This document shows, in pieces, positions 12,331 through 24,338 of a stretch of 64,000 nt of DNA. Numbering within the stretch: position 1 is the stretch's first letter; every line of letters begins with the position of its first letter. A program made the translations under genes and the position numbers. The notes beneath the pieces were generated by a model. The model saw nothing but the letters and a program-made list of their open reading frames with translations, was not told where the DNA came from and made no database searches. The DNA comes from Psammoneis japonica (taxonomy: Eukaryota), in assembly GCA_008632985.1 (NCBI GenBank), contig QPGO01000005.1:62001-126000 (forward strand). The letters are read 5' to 3'.

Positions 12331-12435
12331 TGCATGTTTCCTGTCTCGGATGGTCAAATGGAGGAGGCTGGTGCCGCGCACACCAAACACAGTGCTTGTG
12401 ACTATTTGGGAGTGAGCGTTAAAGCAACAAGTCAA

Positions 12436-12768
12436 TGTCACCAAAAGAGAATCCTCCAAGGTTTCCTGTGCCACTCATCACACTTGTCCTGGTTGCTGTG
12501 GCAGCTGCAGCTTGCCTGGAAGTTTTCAACAAACTTCAATCTCATGACACAGCGGGCACACGTTGTGTGTGACACCTCAGCGCAACTCCAACAAACCAGA
12601 TGATTCACTCCAAAGAGTGGGACAAAAGAAGGTTGGTGAGATTGGTGATGAGTGTGTTTTCATTTCCAAAGTGTCACAAGATCCACCATCTCAGCAGCTG
12701 AAACACCCCTTTTTCAACAACTCTGCACCCAGGCTCCTCACATTTCCCACTCGTTTGATGCTCCAACA
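12436..12768 (-). repeat. 5' LTR of outer copia element
   Basis: Direct repeat of 2124-2435, ending gatgctccaaca on plus; lies upstream of gag on minus. Confidence 0.7.
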
Positions 12769-13146
12769 CCAACAACCCCAGATTGACCACACAATGCGAG
12801 ACCAAAGATGAAGATCTTCACATCTCTTGCACTGTAGGTTTGGCCACAAGAAGCTGGGGTTGCATGCCTGTCGTCTCGCTCGTTGCGTCATGTTCACTGT
12901 ACATCATCTTGCCCAATCTGGGCGGAGTGGTGTCCGCACGCCTGCTGCCTGGTTGCTGGTGTCACGACCAGAAGGGATTGACACGACGCACGCACGCACG
13001 CGACCAGCGATCACGATCGATTCGTTTGATTTGCACGACCACGACTATTTAGCTAACAAACACCACTCAAGACGGAGCATGTCAGCAATGAGCTGCATGT
13101 CACACCTCAATCCTCGTAAAACGTTGTTTCACAATAGCCAGCTATC

Positions 13147-14199
13147 ATGAAACTGATACTTTTTCCATTCTTATGCCTCTTTTTGTGCTCCGTCCTCGGA
13201 AGTGATGTATCTGATGATTCCACCGAGTTTGATGGCTTGTCGTGTGGGCAGTGTGTGGCGTGCTGTGCGGAGCTAGCGGCCAGGGCTCCACAAGAGGCAA
13301 GCGAACATAAAGCGAATGTGACAAAACTTGGCACTTCACACGATCAAATTAACGACGAAATTTTGGAGAAGAAGATTAAGGCTCTCCAAGAGAGCTTGAT
13401 GTTTAGTGAAGCGGCTCGAATCCGATTGAAACATCAGCTCCTCGCTCAAAAACCCAAGCCATTAGCAGACATTTCACAACAAAATGATATTGCGCATATT
13501 TCAGTTAATAAAAACAGAATAGAGGAATTGGAGCGAGAAAATGCGTCGCTGAGAGAGTCTCTTGCGGGGCTGAAGACAGCATACAACGAAAAAATGAGTC
13601 AATGCCGACATCGAATGCTGAAAGCAAGCCACAACAAGAATCATCGACAAATGAAGCTATTTGTTACACAGCAGAAATTTTCAGAGCTTCGCGAGCATGC
13701 AGCTGCGACACGTGTCAATGTGACTTTGATTCTGGAAGATGCCTCCCGCTTTGCGAAAGACGCTTGGGAACGAACTGTTTCCTTTGGAGACTGGGCACAC
13801 TTCAATGCAGTCTGGATTTGGGATAAATTTATTGATTCATTCCAACCTGGATGTATTGATCTAGTCAATCAAGTCAGATGGTTGTATCGCATTTGCTTTA
13901 CTGTGCCAGCGACAACCTTAAAGCGGGGAACAGATCATTTCTTGAATAACTCGTTGCAGCATTCGTTACCCGAGCAACTGAGGAGATACACGACTGAACC
14001 CAACACTGAACATGGAAATGTCGAGACTGTTCATTCAAGACGATTAATAGTGCTTCTATGGTTGGAAGTTCTGGTCGTCTTGACTGTGTTCTCCTGTTGG
14101 TGGAACCGGTGCAGCGGCAAACGTAAACACAAGGTCATAGAAGAGAATGATGACGCACCGGTATGCGTCAGTGAATATCAGAATGTAGGAAGGTTCTAG
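13147..14199 (+). CDS. Hypothetical protein: signal peptide, coiled coil, C-terminal TM helix
   Basis: 350-aa ATG ORF with normal dinucleotide composition; hydrophobic N-terminus, heptad-like middle, LIVLLWLEVLVVLTVF followed by a basic tail. Confidence 0.75.
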   Translation: MKLILFPFLCLFLCSVLGSDVSDDSTEFDGLSCGQCVACCAELAARAPQEASEHKANVTKLGTSHDQINDEILEKKIKALQESLMFSEAARIRLKHQLLAQKPKPLADISQQNDIAHISVNKNRIEELERENASLRESLAGLKTAYNEKMSQCRHRMLKASHNKNHRQMKLFVTQQKFSELREHAAATRVNVTLILEDASRFAKDAWERTVSFGDWAHFNAVWIWDKFIDSFQPGCIDLVNQVRWLYRICFTVPATTLKRGTDHFLNNSLQHSLPEQLRRYTTEPNTEHGNVETVHSRRLIVLLWLEVLVVLTVFSCWWNRCSGKRKHKVIEENDDAPVCVSEYQNVGRF

Positions 14200-14402
14200 T
14201 ATCAAGCCAATTATACAGTAGTGGCAACAATTGTTCTAAGTGTCATGCTGCAATGCTTCAACGGCAACAGTTCGATCAGACTTGTTACGGATCATTCCTG
14301 TATTGCCGCATGATTGTCTTTCTGGCATTATTCCTATATTCGTGAGAGTTCTCTCGGCCATAAAAACAGTGAGTGACAATGGAACGGCGTAATGCAGAAT
14401 CT

Positions 14403-14945
14403 TCATTCCGTGGTAGTTGGTCTTCTTGGCAGACTGTCACGACGCAAGCTTTTCTCTTTTCTTCGCAATCTCTCAAGCTCCGAGAACCTCTTACGTACTG
14501 CTTGATCTTGCGGTGAACTTTGCGTTCTTCTTTCATTACGCGCCATTAAGGAAGAACGTTCATCTTGGGGTTTTGACTTCGACATCGTCGGATTCTTTCT
14601 TGCTCCAAGCAACTGCATTCTCCTTGTCGCTTCGGCCAACATATCCGGTGAAAGTTCTTGATCGCCGAACATTGTCTCGTTTTCTTTTCTGTCAGTTTCT
14701 GACGCCGTTGAGTCCATGTATTGATGCACGAAAGATTTTGAGCTCCAATTATGAGACTTGCTTGCCTCTTCTCGACATTCCTTTCCTTTACTTTCCCAAG
14801 CAGTTTTGGTCGCGTTGTGGCGCGATAGAGCTCGGGCACGTTGCACGTTGGGCTGGTGCTTTTTCTCGCGCACGAAACGTGTTGTCCATGACCTGACGTC
14901 ACCTGAGTTGGTCGCGTTTTTGGCCTGGCTCGCCGTCTTTACCAT
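14403..14945 (-). CDS. Hypothetical hydrophilic protein (possible)
   Basis: Charged ORF from ATG 14945 in normal-composition DNA; no recognisable domain. Confidence 0.35.
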   Translation of the reverse strand: MVKTASQAKNATNSGDVRSWTTRFVREKKHQPNVQRARALSRHNATKTAWESKGKECREEASKSHNWSSKSFVHQYMDSTASETDRKENETMFGDQELSPDMLAEATRRMQLLGARKNPTMSKSKPQDERSSLMARNERRTQSSPQDQAVRKRFSELERLRRKEKSLRRDSLPRRPTTTE

Positions 14946-15029
14946 GAACATCAACAGCAAGCAGTTACCTCCGTTCTTGCTAACTCATCTTACGATGTGC
15001 AATCTTTGCTGCCTTCATTGCTATCTCCG

Positions 15030-16095
15030 CTTACAAGCCTTCCTCTTCATTCCTTCTCTCGTCGCTTCCCAAGCTCCCGTCTTTCTTCGGACACCTGCGC
15101 TGTTGCTGCTCTTCGCAAGCTTCGCCTCCCCGGCCGTCCTCCCTCCGTCCCTTGTCAACACTCCCTGTCCCTGTGGCCATGCAATCCTTGATGCTTATGG
15201 TGACCATGCCTTTTCTTGCTGCCATGCCCACAAGTCCAAGCTTTCTGATGGTCTCCGCGATGCTGTTTTCATCCTAGCCCAAACCCTGGGACCCCTTGCA
15301 GAGTTCTGTCGCTCCCCTGATGACGCTCATCTCAAGCCTGCCAACCTGCTCCCCACCCGCCTGCTTCTCCATCCCGCTGATGTCGGCATTTCAATTCCCC
15401 CTCCCGCCTCCCTTTCCGCTCCTTCGCGTCATCATTACATTGCAGTGGACGTCACCGTCCCTCAAGCTCCTTCTCGCCCTCCTCCAGGTCTGCCTGCTCC
15501 CTCTTCTCCTGTTTTAACTGAGGCACACCACTCGAGCGCGAGATTGAAGTTCCTTGGCCCCTCTGCTTCCTCTGCTGATGGATCCCTTGTTGTTTCTTTG
15601 CTTGACAATGATGGCATCTCCCTGCTCCCCTTCACCGTCGATCACCTTGGTGGTCTCGGCTGCTTTGCTCACCGCTTGCTCTTTGGCCCTGCGTCTTCTT
15701 CCATCTGCTCTCAGCCCAAGCCGCCCTGGTCCTCTTCCTCTGACTTTCATCACTCTGTTGCCTCCCACTCCGCCTTCCTCTGTGCTTTGTTGTCTCCATC
15801 TGCAATCCTTCCATCCGCTGACTTCGCATGGCGTCGCCTGTCCGCCGATCGCTTTGGGAGCGCCTGCCGCACAGCCTCCCCATCCCAGTGGGCCACCCAA
15901 ACCCTTGGCTACAACGTCGTTCTTCACCTTTCTACGCACATCCTCCAATTCACTTCCTCCCTCCCTGCTCCCTCCTCACCTGTGCCTTCCTCTAAACGCC
16001 CTTTGTCCTGTGTCCTTCGGCCCTTCTACTCTGCCATCACTGCAGCCACCTCCGTGCCTCCCTCTGCTGTTCCCTTCCGCTCTACATGGGCTCTC
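15030..16095 (+). mobile_element. 5'-truncated non-LTR retrotransposon with restriction-like endonuclease (CRE-like), C-terminal region
   Basis: CPCG..LDAYGDHAFSC zinc finger, then HPAD (RPAD-like), AVDVTV and LLPFTVDHLGGLG, the RLE motif series of CRE/R2-type LINEs; very C/T-rich sense strand. Ends approximate. Confidence 0.8.
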
Positions 16096-16099
16096 TTAA

Positions 16100-19000
16100 T
16101 TTTCTGTTTTAAGTGCAAAACGCGAGAGCTGCTTTTTTGAATGAGCAGTCTCACTCCCTGTAGAAAGCCCTCTTCACACCAAAGTTTAGATGGAAATGAG
16201 CTGTTGGGATTTCATGGTTTGATGACTGGTGTGTGCTCAGTCTCGCTGATTCCCTGAACTTGCCGTGTGGACTGCAAACACACCCCTGATGCTGCTGTTG
16301 CAGCTGTTGCCATGTCAACCAGGTGCAGAAGCCAAAAAGTGAGCACAAGACCTGCAACTCATCAAAAGTTGCAAATGCAAGTTCACCTCATCATCAACAA
16401 TCATGAGTGCGCCATTTGCTGCTGTGTTGTCTGTTTGTCCTGCAAGAAAAACCACCAGCAAATCGCACCCTGCAATGTTCCAAAGTGAGCAACCAATGGC
16501 AAGTCCGCCCATCGAGCATCCAACCCCAACTTGACCTGATGGAGGAGGGTGCCTCCAAGCTCAAACAGCTGGTCATGGTCAGCCCAGACATTGCAGACAT
16601 GCCTCAGCTTCATTTTGTTTCTGGGGAAATTTGCCAGAGTGGCCCTCACAAGCCCAAAATCCATTCTTGCCACCCCAGCACATGCATGGTGCAGCTTCTG
16701 GCACTTTTCCTGTGAAGAGCACAAAGATGTTCAAAAGCCATCAATGGTGAAAATGGCACTCATTTCAAAAACAGCCCACTGAATCCATGCTGCCATGACC
16801 TCTCCGCCCCCCCCCCCCCCCCCCCCCCCATCCCATGGCTGGCATGCATGTCTTGTGGCATTGTGGCATGATGGCTCAGTGTGTGGAGCGGTGGCTCTGT
16901 GGTGGCACTGTTCTGATGGTTTGCCCTTGTCTTGCTCACACAGTGGCATGTTTAATCTTGCACTCCAGAGCAAGGTGGTGGCACTGGATTCAATGCTGCT
17001 GTGCTGGCTCTTTGTGAGTGACTTGTGGGTTGACTGTGTGTGGGGCGGGGAGACCTCAGCTGGAGTGGTGCAAATCATTTGGGGATGCAGCAGGAGCTGC
17101 TTCATGGGGATTGTTTGACTCACCACATGCCTTGACTTGGAGCTCAAAACAAAAAACACCTGGAACAACTTTGAGTGACAGTCACAGGCCATCATTGTGT
17201 GCACTTGATTTGTGTTGTTTGGTTCTTTTGTGTGTTCTCCAGTCCAGCTGAGTGGGAACAATCTTGAGTCTTGTCCTTGTTGTCAGGCATGCTGGAGAAC
17301 CACTTCATGTCAATTGGGTGCACAAGATGACCATGGCTCAGCTTGGAACTTGACAAAAACACCTGGAGTGACTTTTGCATCACAGCTGTGAACCATCATC
17401 ATTGTTGTGCACATGATTCATTTTGTTGTGTGCCCTTCCAGTTGAGCATGAACAATCTCATGTCTCATGTGCTGGAGCTGCTTTGCATTGTTTGGGCACA
17501 CAGTGACTTGACTTGAAAATCAACAAAAAAAACACTTGGTGGACTGACTTTTGTGTGGACTTTTTTGTGCATTTGATTGCTGCACCGCAATGTTCTGGGT
17601 TCACTGGGCAACATGTCCTTTTGGCCCAGCATGACTTGCTTTGCACACTCTTGGAAACAAATGCCAGAGAAACTGTTGTGTTGCAAGCTCTTGGAAGCAA
17701 ATGCCAGAAAAACTGTTGTGTGGCAATTTTGCCCTGTTGCTTTGCTTGGAACTTGACAACAATTGGAGCAGCTTTCATGTGTTGATTTGGACTGTTTTTG
17801 CGTGTTGGTTTTGTTTGTTGGTCATTTGGAGTTGGGGTGTGTCTTGCCAAACAAGCTGTGGATCACAATGGCAGCACATGTGTGGCCAGCCAGCAGGAGT
17901 CTTCAACAACTTTGAGGCTGTGAAACCCTTCTGGGCCAGTCAAGCTGTCATCAAAAAGCATGACCACAATGTTCAGTGGTCAACTTGCATTGAAAATTGG
18001 ACCTGGAAAACAGAGTCATGGTGCGCGCCATGGGTGCACCACAAGACTCCTTGCAAATTGCCCCCCCCTCCCCCCACCACCACTGGATTGAGCAGAAGTG
18101 CAGTTTTTGCATTGACAAGGATCTCACTTTGGGGCAACACTGAGAGCAAGAGCATGAACAGGCACTTTGCAAGGACTGGCCCAAGTGTGACAAGCAAACA
18201 TGGCCATTTCAACCAGTCTCCTGCCACTTCAAAGTTGGGGTCTTTCACCTTCACCCCATGTGCTTTGCTTCCAAGTGGTCATCATGCAAAACAAGCAAGA
18301 AAAACCCATCCTTGTAAAGAAAGAAAAGCAACAAGAAAGATGAGAGCAGCACTGCAGGCACTTGTTAACATGCAGAAAAAATGCCTTGTTGACAAGGGTC
18401 TTTCCAAATCCCTGCCATGGGATGAGCAGTGGGTGGCAAGCAGACCAGATGTTTGATGTTTGCAGAGAATGAGGAAAGAGATTTGCTGGGTCCAAAGGGG
18501 GTGCACCAAATGCCACAGAGCAGGTGCCAACATGGCACATCTGCACAATGTGCTGGCATCACAAATTGCAGAGACCAGAGAAAAGCCAAGATCAGCATGC
18601 CCCTGTGTCAACCAGTGGAATGACACCATGGGGGCAGAGCTGGCCCTTGGCGGGAGGGTGCTGAGCTTTGATGAGTCACTTGCTGTGCTGACAAGCAAGA
18701 GATTGGTTGGTGCTTTTGGACAGGAGAGCAAGAAACTCAAGGGCAGCACAACATTGAAAGGTGTGTGGGGGTGGCGGCCTGCCATTAAAAAAAATTGTCA
18801 CACCTCTCTTTCCTCCATCCAAGACTCATGTGACCCCTTGCCTGCTGTGACAAGAGAAAAGAATCCACAGAGCAGATCACTCAAAAGCCATTTGGCAGCA
18901 AAGCATGCTGGGCATGTGCTCCCCTGTGGGAGCTCTCCAACATTTGTTGTGCCTGACATGCAGGGGAGACAACCACAACCTCAAGGATTTGTGCAAACAA

Positions 19001-20480
19001 GATTTTGCTCATGCTGAGCTCATGTGCTGTGACCAAACAATTTGAGCAACAAGTGGCGAAGCTTCACCAGCTCCTTGCTTTTTGGCAAAATGTCATGCCG
19101 CGCAAGATCCGTGTGACCCCAAATTCCATGTTGGCAAATTTTTGAAGTTCTCTTGCATGCACAAGTGGCTGGTGCACACACACTGGATTTTGCAGAGTTT
19201 TTGAGTGGGATGGCTTTGTGTCACACTTCATTGACCAACTCTCACACAAAAAATCAAGCTGACAAAGTGCTGCACATTCCCTCATGGTGAGAAATCTCCT
19301 TGAAGAGCTGCTGTGCATTGCTCCTGGTTGCCATGAAAACAAAGTGTGTGGCACAACCTGCTTTGTGGTGCTCCTCATTCTTTGCCTGCCATGAGTCTTT
19401 GTTGAAGGTTGTGCTCTGGGAGCAGCCGTGGCTGAGAGCGCAACCCCAAACATTCAAAATCAATGGATCCAGCATGAACTGCTTTTTTTGCCATTTTCTC
19501 CTGGAGAGATGCTGCAGTGCACATGCTGCATGCTTAAAAGCAGCTTGCTGTTTCTGAACAGAAAAACAGTCTGGCAAGTGTGCTCTCCATCTAACAACAT
19601 GTGCTGGCGCCAGCTTTGGTGAAGCCATGCTCTGAACAAACCTCAGACAGATGCACAAACTTGGCATGTGCACATGTTTTTCCTCTTTTCTCTCCCATGT
19701 GACAAGTGCAAAATGTGTCTCTTTTTGTCAGGGAGTGTCTCTTCATCAGATCATGGACACCATGGACAAGTTGCTTGCACTTCAATTGTCCACATGATGA
19801 AAGCGGGCACCACTTTGCATGCACATTTTTTCTCCTTTGTCAGAGAGGAGTGTCTCTTTGACAGATTGTCAACACCATGGGCAAGTTGTTGACACTCCAA
19901 TGACATGATGAAATTGGGCACAATCACTCAACCCCATTTTTAACTCAACTTTTCTCTGCTTTGACTGCAAAAAAGTCGGAGGCATCAACTCCTCCTCTCT
20001 GGGACGGCTTGCTGCTGTGCACAAGCTCTGCAGTGGCATGGACATGGTTGCATGTCATGCTCCTTGCCTTTGCATGGGTGTCACACCTGGTCAAAACAGC
20101 CGTCTTTGCTGCAGGATTCTCTTGTTTGCACATCAAATTAGAAACAGATTGAGTGGCCCATTGGCCCATTTTGATGATCGACAAGAGATGGGCCATGTGA
20201 CAGCGATGAGTGTTTCTCTCCACTGCATGTCTGTGGAGTTGTTGACACACTGCTGATGCCATCAAAAAGCGTGGCTGCGCCCTCTGCAGCTTTTCCTGTT
20301 GCCTTTTCTTTGTCATCAGACAAGAGGGAGAAGTGGTCTTCACTTGATGCGTCTTTCTTGGACAAGGACATGTTTGCATTCTCTGTCGCTGATTTTTTTC
20401 ACTTTCTGGAGCGCGTTGCGATGCCAACCTGCGGCGGCGGCGGGAGCACCGTGCTACGGCACATGCTGTCAGCTGTCAGA
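16100..20480. repeat. TpA/CpG-depleted repeat block 2 (unclassified elements); poly-C run 16807-16829
   Basis: Same composition as block 1; no domain confidently recognised. Confidence 0.8.
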
Positions 20481-20497
20481 AACATGCTGCCAGCAGC

Positions 20498-21184
20498 ATG
20501 GTGACTCAACGGCTTCGCCATGCCTCTGTGCTTCTATTTGCTCGAATCATCACGAGTGGCTCAGCATGGATGTCACCGATTGTCGTAAAATCGCATAGAG
20601 TTGAAAACGGCTGGTCAAAAAGCCGTCGTTCATTTCTTCATGAATTTGTGACAGCTTCTGGCGGAACGCTGCTTTCAACGTTTCGCTACAGTCTCCTGCT
20701 CTTGCTCAACCAGAAGAATTCAAGAATGTAGGCACACAAGCTCCACCCCCTAACGATGAGACAAGTCCTTTCACGCACTTAGCAACGGTGTCCAGATTAA
20801 AGATTTTCGTGTTGGCACTGGGTCTGATGCTGTTCGAGACGGAAGTACGGTTTCGTTCAGTGCAGCGGAAGGCTGTTGAATCTAAACGGTGTTATCTTTT
20901 ACAACACCAAGAATAACAATCCTGATGGTTTTGGGGCGATACCGCTGACTTTCACGCTTGGAAAAGGACAAGCTCTTCCTGGACTTGAAAGTGCACTTGT
21001 TGGAATGAAGAAGGGTGGAATTCGTCGCATCATTGTTCCGGCTGATCTTGCCTACTCTAAGTATCCTGATCTAGAGCCAAAGCCAATGAGTACAATGGAC
21101 CAACGGGCTCTTGATTCGGTTGTCAAGAATCCTCGGCGAGATGCCACCATTCTCTTTGATGTGCAACTTGAACGTTTCAAATGA
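20498..21184 (+). CDS. Thylakoid-lumen FKBP-type peptidyl-prolyl isomerase (three apparent -1 frameshifts)
   Basis: Signal peptide ending GSAW, Tat motif SRRSFL, ALA cleavage site, then IKDFRVGTG and FTLGKGQALPGLESALVGMKKGGIRRIIVPADLAY...LFDVQL. Frame changes near 20683, 20778 and 20855. Confidence 0.8.
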
Positions 21185-21479
21185 TGTTGCTATTCAATTT
21201 ATAGCTTACTTGCTACTGGAGATTCTGTTCCTCTAAAGCATTTATAGAATGAGCATCAACCAGTCATCTTCGTCTGCATCGATTGTACCATCCTCAAAAA
21301 GTTCGATATCGTCGGAGAGGAAACTCGAAGACTCCTTTCGCACAAGATGAAAGAGGCTGACAACTAAGGCACTCATTTGAGCTTGGTGTTTACTCAAAAG
21401 GCAGGGAACAAGAGCTAGGGTTTCTCGGAAAGGATGTGGAAAGCGTCCAATAGACTATCATGAGTGTGTTGTAGTACAT

Positions 21480-23006
21480 TCGGCATGAACCAACTCGAGC
21501 TGCCGTCGCTGGGACACTGGCCGATTTCTTCACGGGCGTTGCCAGTACAGTATGTTTGTCCCGAATGTGCTCTTTTGGGGAGAAGCCCAGCTTCATACCC
21601 TCATCGACAAGGACAGAACACCGCTTTCTGTACACGGAGAAGAAGGGGAAGCAATCGCTGATCTCATTGCCTTTGGCTATTTTGATTGATTCTCAAGATA
21701 CGGCTGCGATTGAAGCTGGTTTCAGCGTTGGCTGTGCTGCTTTGATTTAGTTACAAGCATCATCTTGTCGGCCTGAGCTTGGGCACTGGCATCGTTGGAG
21801 GGCACTTTTGGGGGCCACTCTTTGTTGGGTGTGCGGCCAGCCACCTCTTTTCCAGATGTAATCAGAATGTTGTCGCATTGGACTTTGGATTGGCTGGGGC
21901 ATGCGTCTTGCAGATTTCATTTTGTCGCGATCCTTTGCATCATGGGAAGCAGCCACGTCATAGCATTTCGTGTGCACATGGCCATCACCATGCTTATATT
22001 GACCTTGTCCATAAGCGCCTTTTACCCCGATCAGAATATCAACGGTGTGACGGCGATTGACTACTCTGCTGTATTTCCTTTGTTGTTGGTGTCGTGTTCT
22101 GTTCCTGTATATGGCTACCCGACACGCTGTCTATTCCAAGGAGCAGCGTTGCCAGAGTCACATTATGCTGCCCCCGAAGTATTGTGTGAGCCTGGAAAAG
22201 AGGGTACGCCAATGGTGGCGGGATACGGCGAAACCGTTGGCATTGAAGAATTAGGAGACGCCCACGAAAATTTTCGCAATTAATCATCATCGAACGACGA
22301 GAACATTCCTTTCTTACGATCGTTACATGAACAACCCGATGATTCGATACAGAGTTCGCCAGAACAGAGAGGACAAGATCACGAGTTAACTCGAGGCGAC
22401 ATTGAACGGGCATGTACAGAAGCGCAGAACGTAGATTTGGCCGCATCTAGACAACTGGCGGAAGTGAAAGAGCGCCGTCCTTCAAACGTCATTCATTTGG
22501 TCCGTCCAGATGCTGGAGATCGAAAACTATCGTCGCAGCGCGAGAATAGCGCAGATTTCGGTGAGGATGGCGACAGGCTTTCGGAAATCCTTTCGCGACC
22601 AATGACCAAACCCAGAAACAATTCTATTGGTCGGCATCGTCGCGTCCGTTCGACCACAGACATTCATCCTTCTCTAACAGCACCGATGTTCAAGGTACCG
22701 GGACACAATCGCTGTAGAAGCATCAAGAGTACCGGCCGCCACTCTCTTTGCAACTCTATGTGTAGCCGAAAGAGTGGTCCAGAAGAGCGACTGACTCGTG
22801 TTTCTAGTTTCGTTGAATTGAAGGAGTTTCGTCCTTCTTTGTTTGACGGAACACGCCAACGAGCTGCATCTATGAATCGCCCACCATCTCTCCCGAAAGC
22901 GGGTTGGCATCGTCGAACAAAATCAGAGTCCTTGACCTTGAGTGATGTCGGTGTGGCATTGAGCAACGACATTGAGCGGTCCTCTATGGGAGCTAGCAGT
23001 CGGTAG
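21480..23006 (+). pseudogene. CLC chloride channel/antiporter 3' remnant
   Basis: MFVPNVLFWGEAQLHTLIDKDRTPL, GLSLGTGIVGGHFWGPLFVG (CLC GGxFxP motif) and hydrophobic segments, spread over several frames with in-frame stops; no 5' half seen. Confidence 0.65.
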
Positions 23007-23508
23007 TCGGCGTGTACACGACGAAGCGTTACACCATTGGACTATTTTGAGTTTGAAGCATCGCGGACGTTGACTGCTGTCATCGCAAGCGCTACGACCG
23101 CCATCGTAGTCTATTGACATACGTGCGGAATAAGTTACACGCAAATAAAGATTGCTATCTTGTACTGTTAGTCTTTCTACTTGTATTGGAATAGTTTCAA
23201 AGCGTGTTTCAAATTTGAAATACACAAATGTCAACAGTTGATATAGAAATCGGTCGCGTAGGGTACATGTCTCAAGAGCGCCATCAAAAGATGGCCCTCA
23301 AGCTTTTACGTATCTTCAGGTGACGGGGATGGAGTGGGAAAAGTGCAGCCGGAAAACAACTTACGAGAACAGATGTCGCAAAATGATAGGAAAGAAATGG
23401 ATCGGTCCAGTGGCTCCTAGCAATGGTGCATCCCATCGAAGTGCATCTTTGGTTTGATTCCGTTTTTCTTTCCTTGTACATCTTACGATACATCGTTCGC
23501 GTTCATCG

Positions 23509-23739
23509 TCATAGCACGAAGTGCTTCCAAACATCGCTTGGTTCTGCTGATGGTGCTTTTGATGGCACGTTACCACAAGCTGCACTTGGCATTGCAGAGG
23601 GAAATGCTGAGGGCTCCGTAGAAGGGTTGGTCGTCACATTGGCTGGCTGAGTGGAAGGGTCAGTCGACGGGACTTTACTGGTTGGTAAAATGGGGACAGC
23701 TGATGGACAGGAGTGACATGGACTCCAGGCCGGAGACAC
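23509..23739 (-). pseudogene. Pro/Ser/Thr (PSxxP) repeat fragment of a cell-surface-type protein
   Basis: PSTDPSTQP..PSTEPSAFPSAMPSA..PSKAPSAEPS; short, with no clear gene model. Confidence 0.35.
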
Positions 23740-24338
23740 GCATTCGATTTGCCCCGACCTTCGGACTTCTTAACTGGCAACACCTACGCCACCTAGAGAC
23801 AACACGCCATCAAGCAAAATGAGTTGTATAACTGCCAAACAAGAGCAAGCTCTCAATCCAGAGGAAGGGCGAGCCATCCTTGGAGATTGCGGCATTCCGG
23901 CTTGGCAAACAACAAACACATGGTGCGAGACGACAGTTGTGAGCGAAAACAGAGCGAAAGAAAAGAACGTTTTCGAAGAGATTTTGTGTGTCGTGACCGT
24001 TGCTAAATTTCTCTATCACTATCATTTTTGTGTATCTTTGTAGAATCAATACCATGATTTCGTATGTAGAAATTCGTATAACTTGGTACTTTCAAAATTG
24101 TTACCAATTCCTACGTACCCTCTACGGTAGCCCTACATAACGCCAAAAAAAAACTGCCCCAGCCACGCCGACGATCACATTGAACATATACCGTATGAGC
24201 GTACCCCGTACCGTTCAAGACGATGGCGCTCAGGGCGTAGCTGCCAAGGATTTACAAGTCTAGCTGCTAGCTGCCGCACGAGAAGACCGCAGCTAAACAT
24301 ATCACCATGGTATCGACTTTGAATGACCGTACTTGACA

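Larger units (their letters stand above)
2124..12768 (-). mobile_element. Degenerate Ty1/copia (CoDi-like) LTR retrotransposon, outer element
   Basis: Diverged ~310-330 bp direct repeats at both ends. Minus-strand domain order: gag zinc knuckle (CHFCGEAGH), protease remnant (FILGNSS), integrase (DHVPEVEQSIQAIKE), RT (AIIPGAF), RNase H (KWCVDASFAAHPNSKSHT, SNTEAELVG). About 1.4 kb of unassigned sequence lies between pol and the 3' LTR. Confidence 0.75.
950..13040. repeat. TpA/CpG-depleted, TpG/CpA-rich repeat block 1 (nested degenerate retrotransposons)
   Basis: TA dinucleotides almost absent; overlapping Cys/His-rich, Tyr-poor ORFs in all frames; contains copia domains. Confidence 0.9.

Noticed and set aside
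950..13040. Classical fungal RIP as the explanation
   Set aside because: RIP enriches TpA and depletes CpA/TpG; the opposite is seen here.
16113..16135. Shared boundary motif with 39951-39969 (caaaaYgcgag.agctRct) as a transposon terminus
   Set aside because: Short, imperfect, and in inconsistent orientation relative to the blocks.
16807..16829. Poly-C/G runs (also ~44563-44578, ~59608-59622) as functional G-quadruplexes
   Set aside because: Simple homopolymers inside decayed repeats; lengths unreliable and no supporting context.
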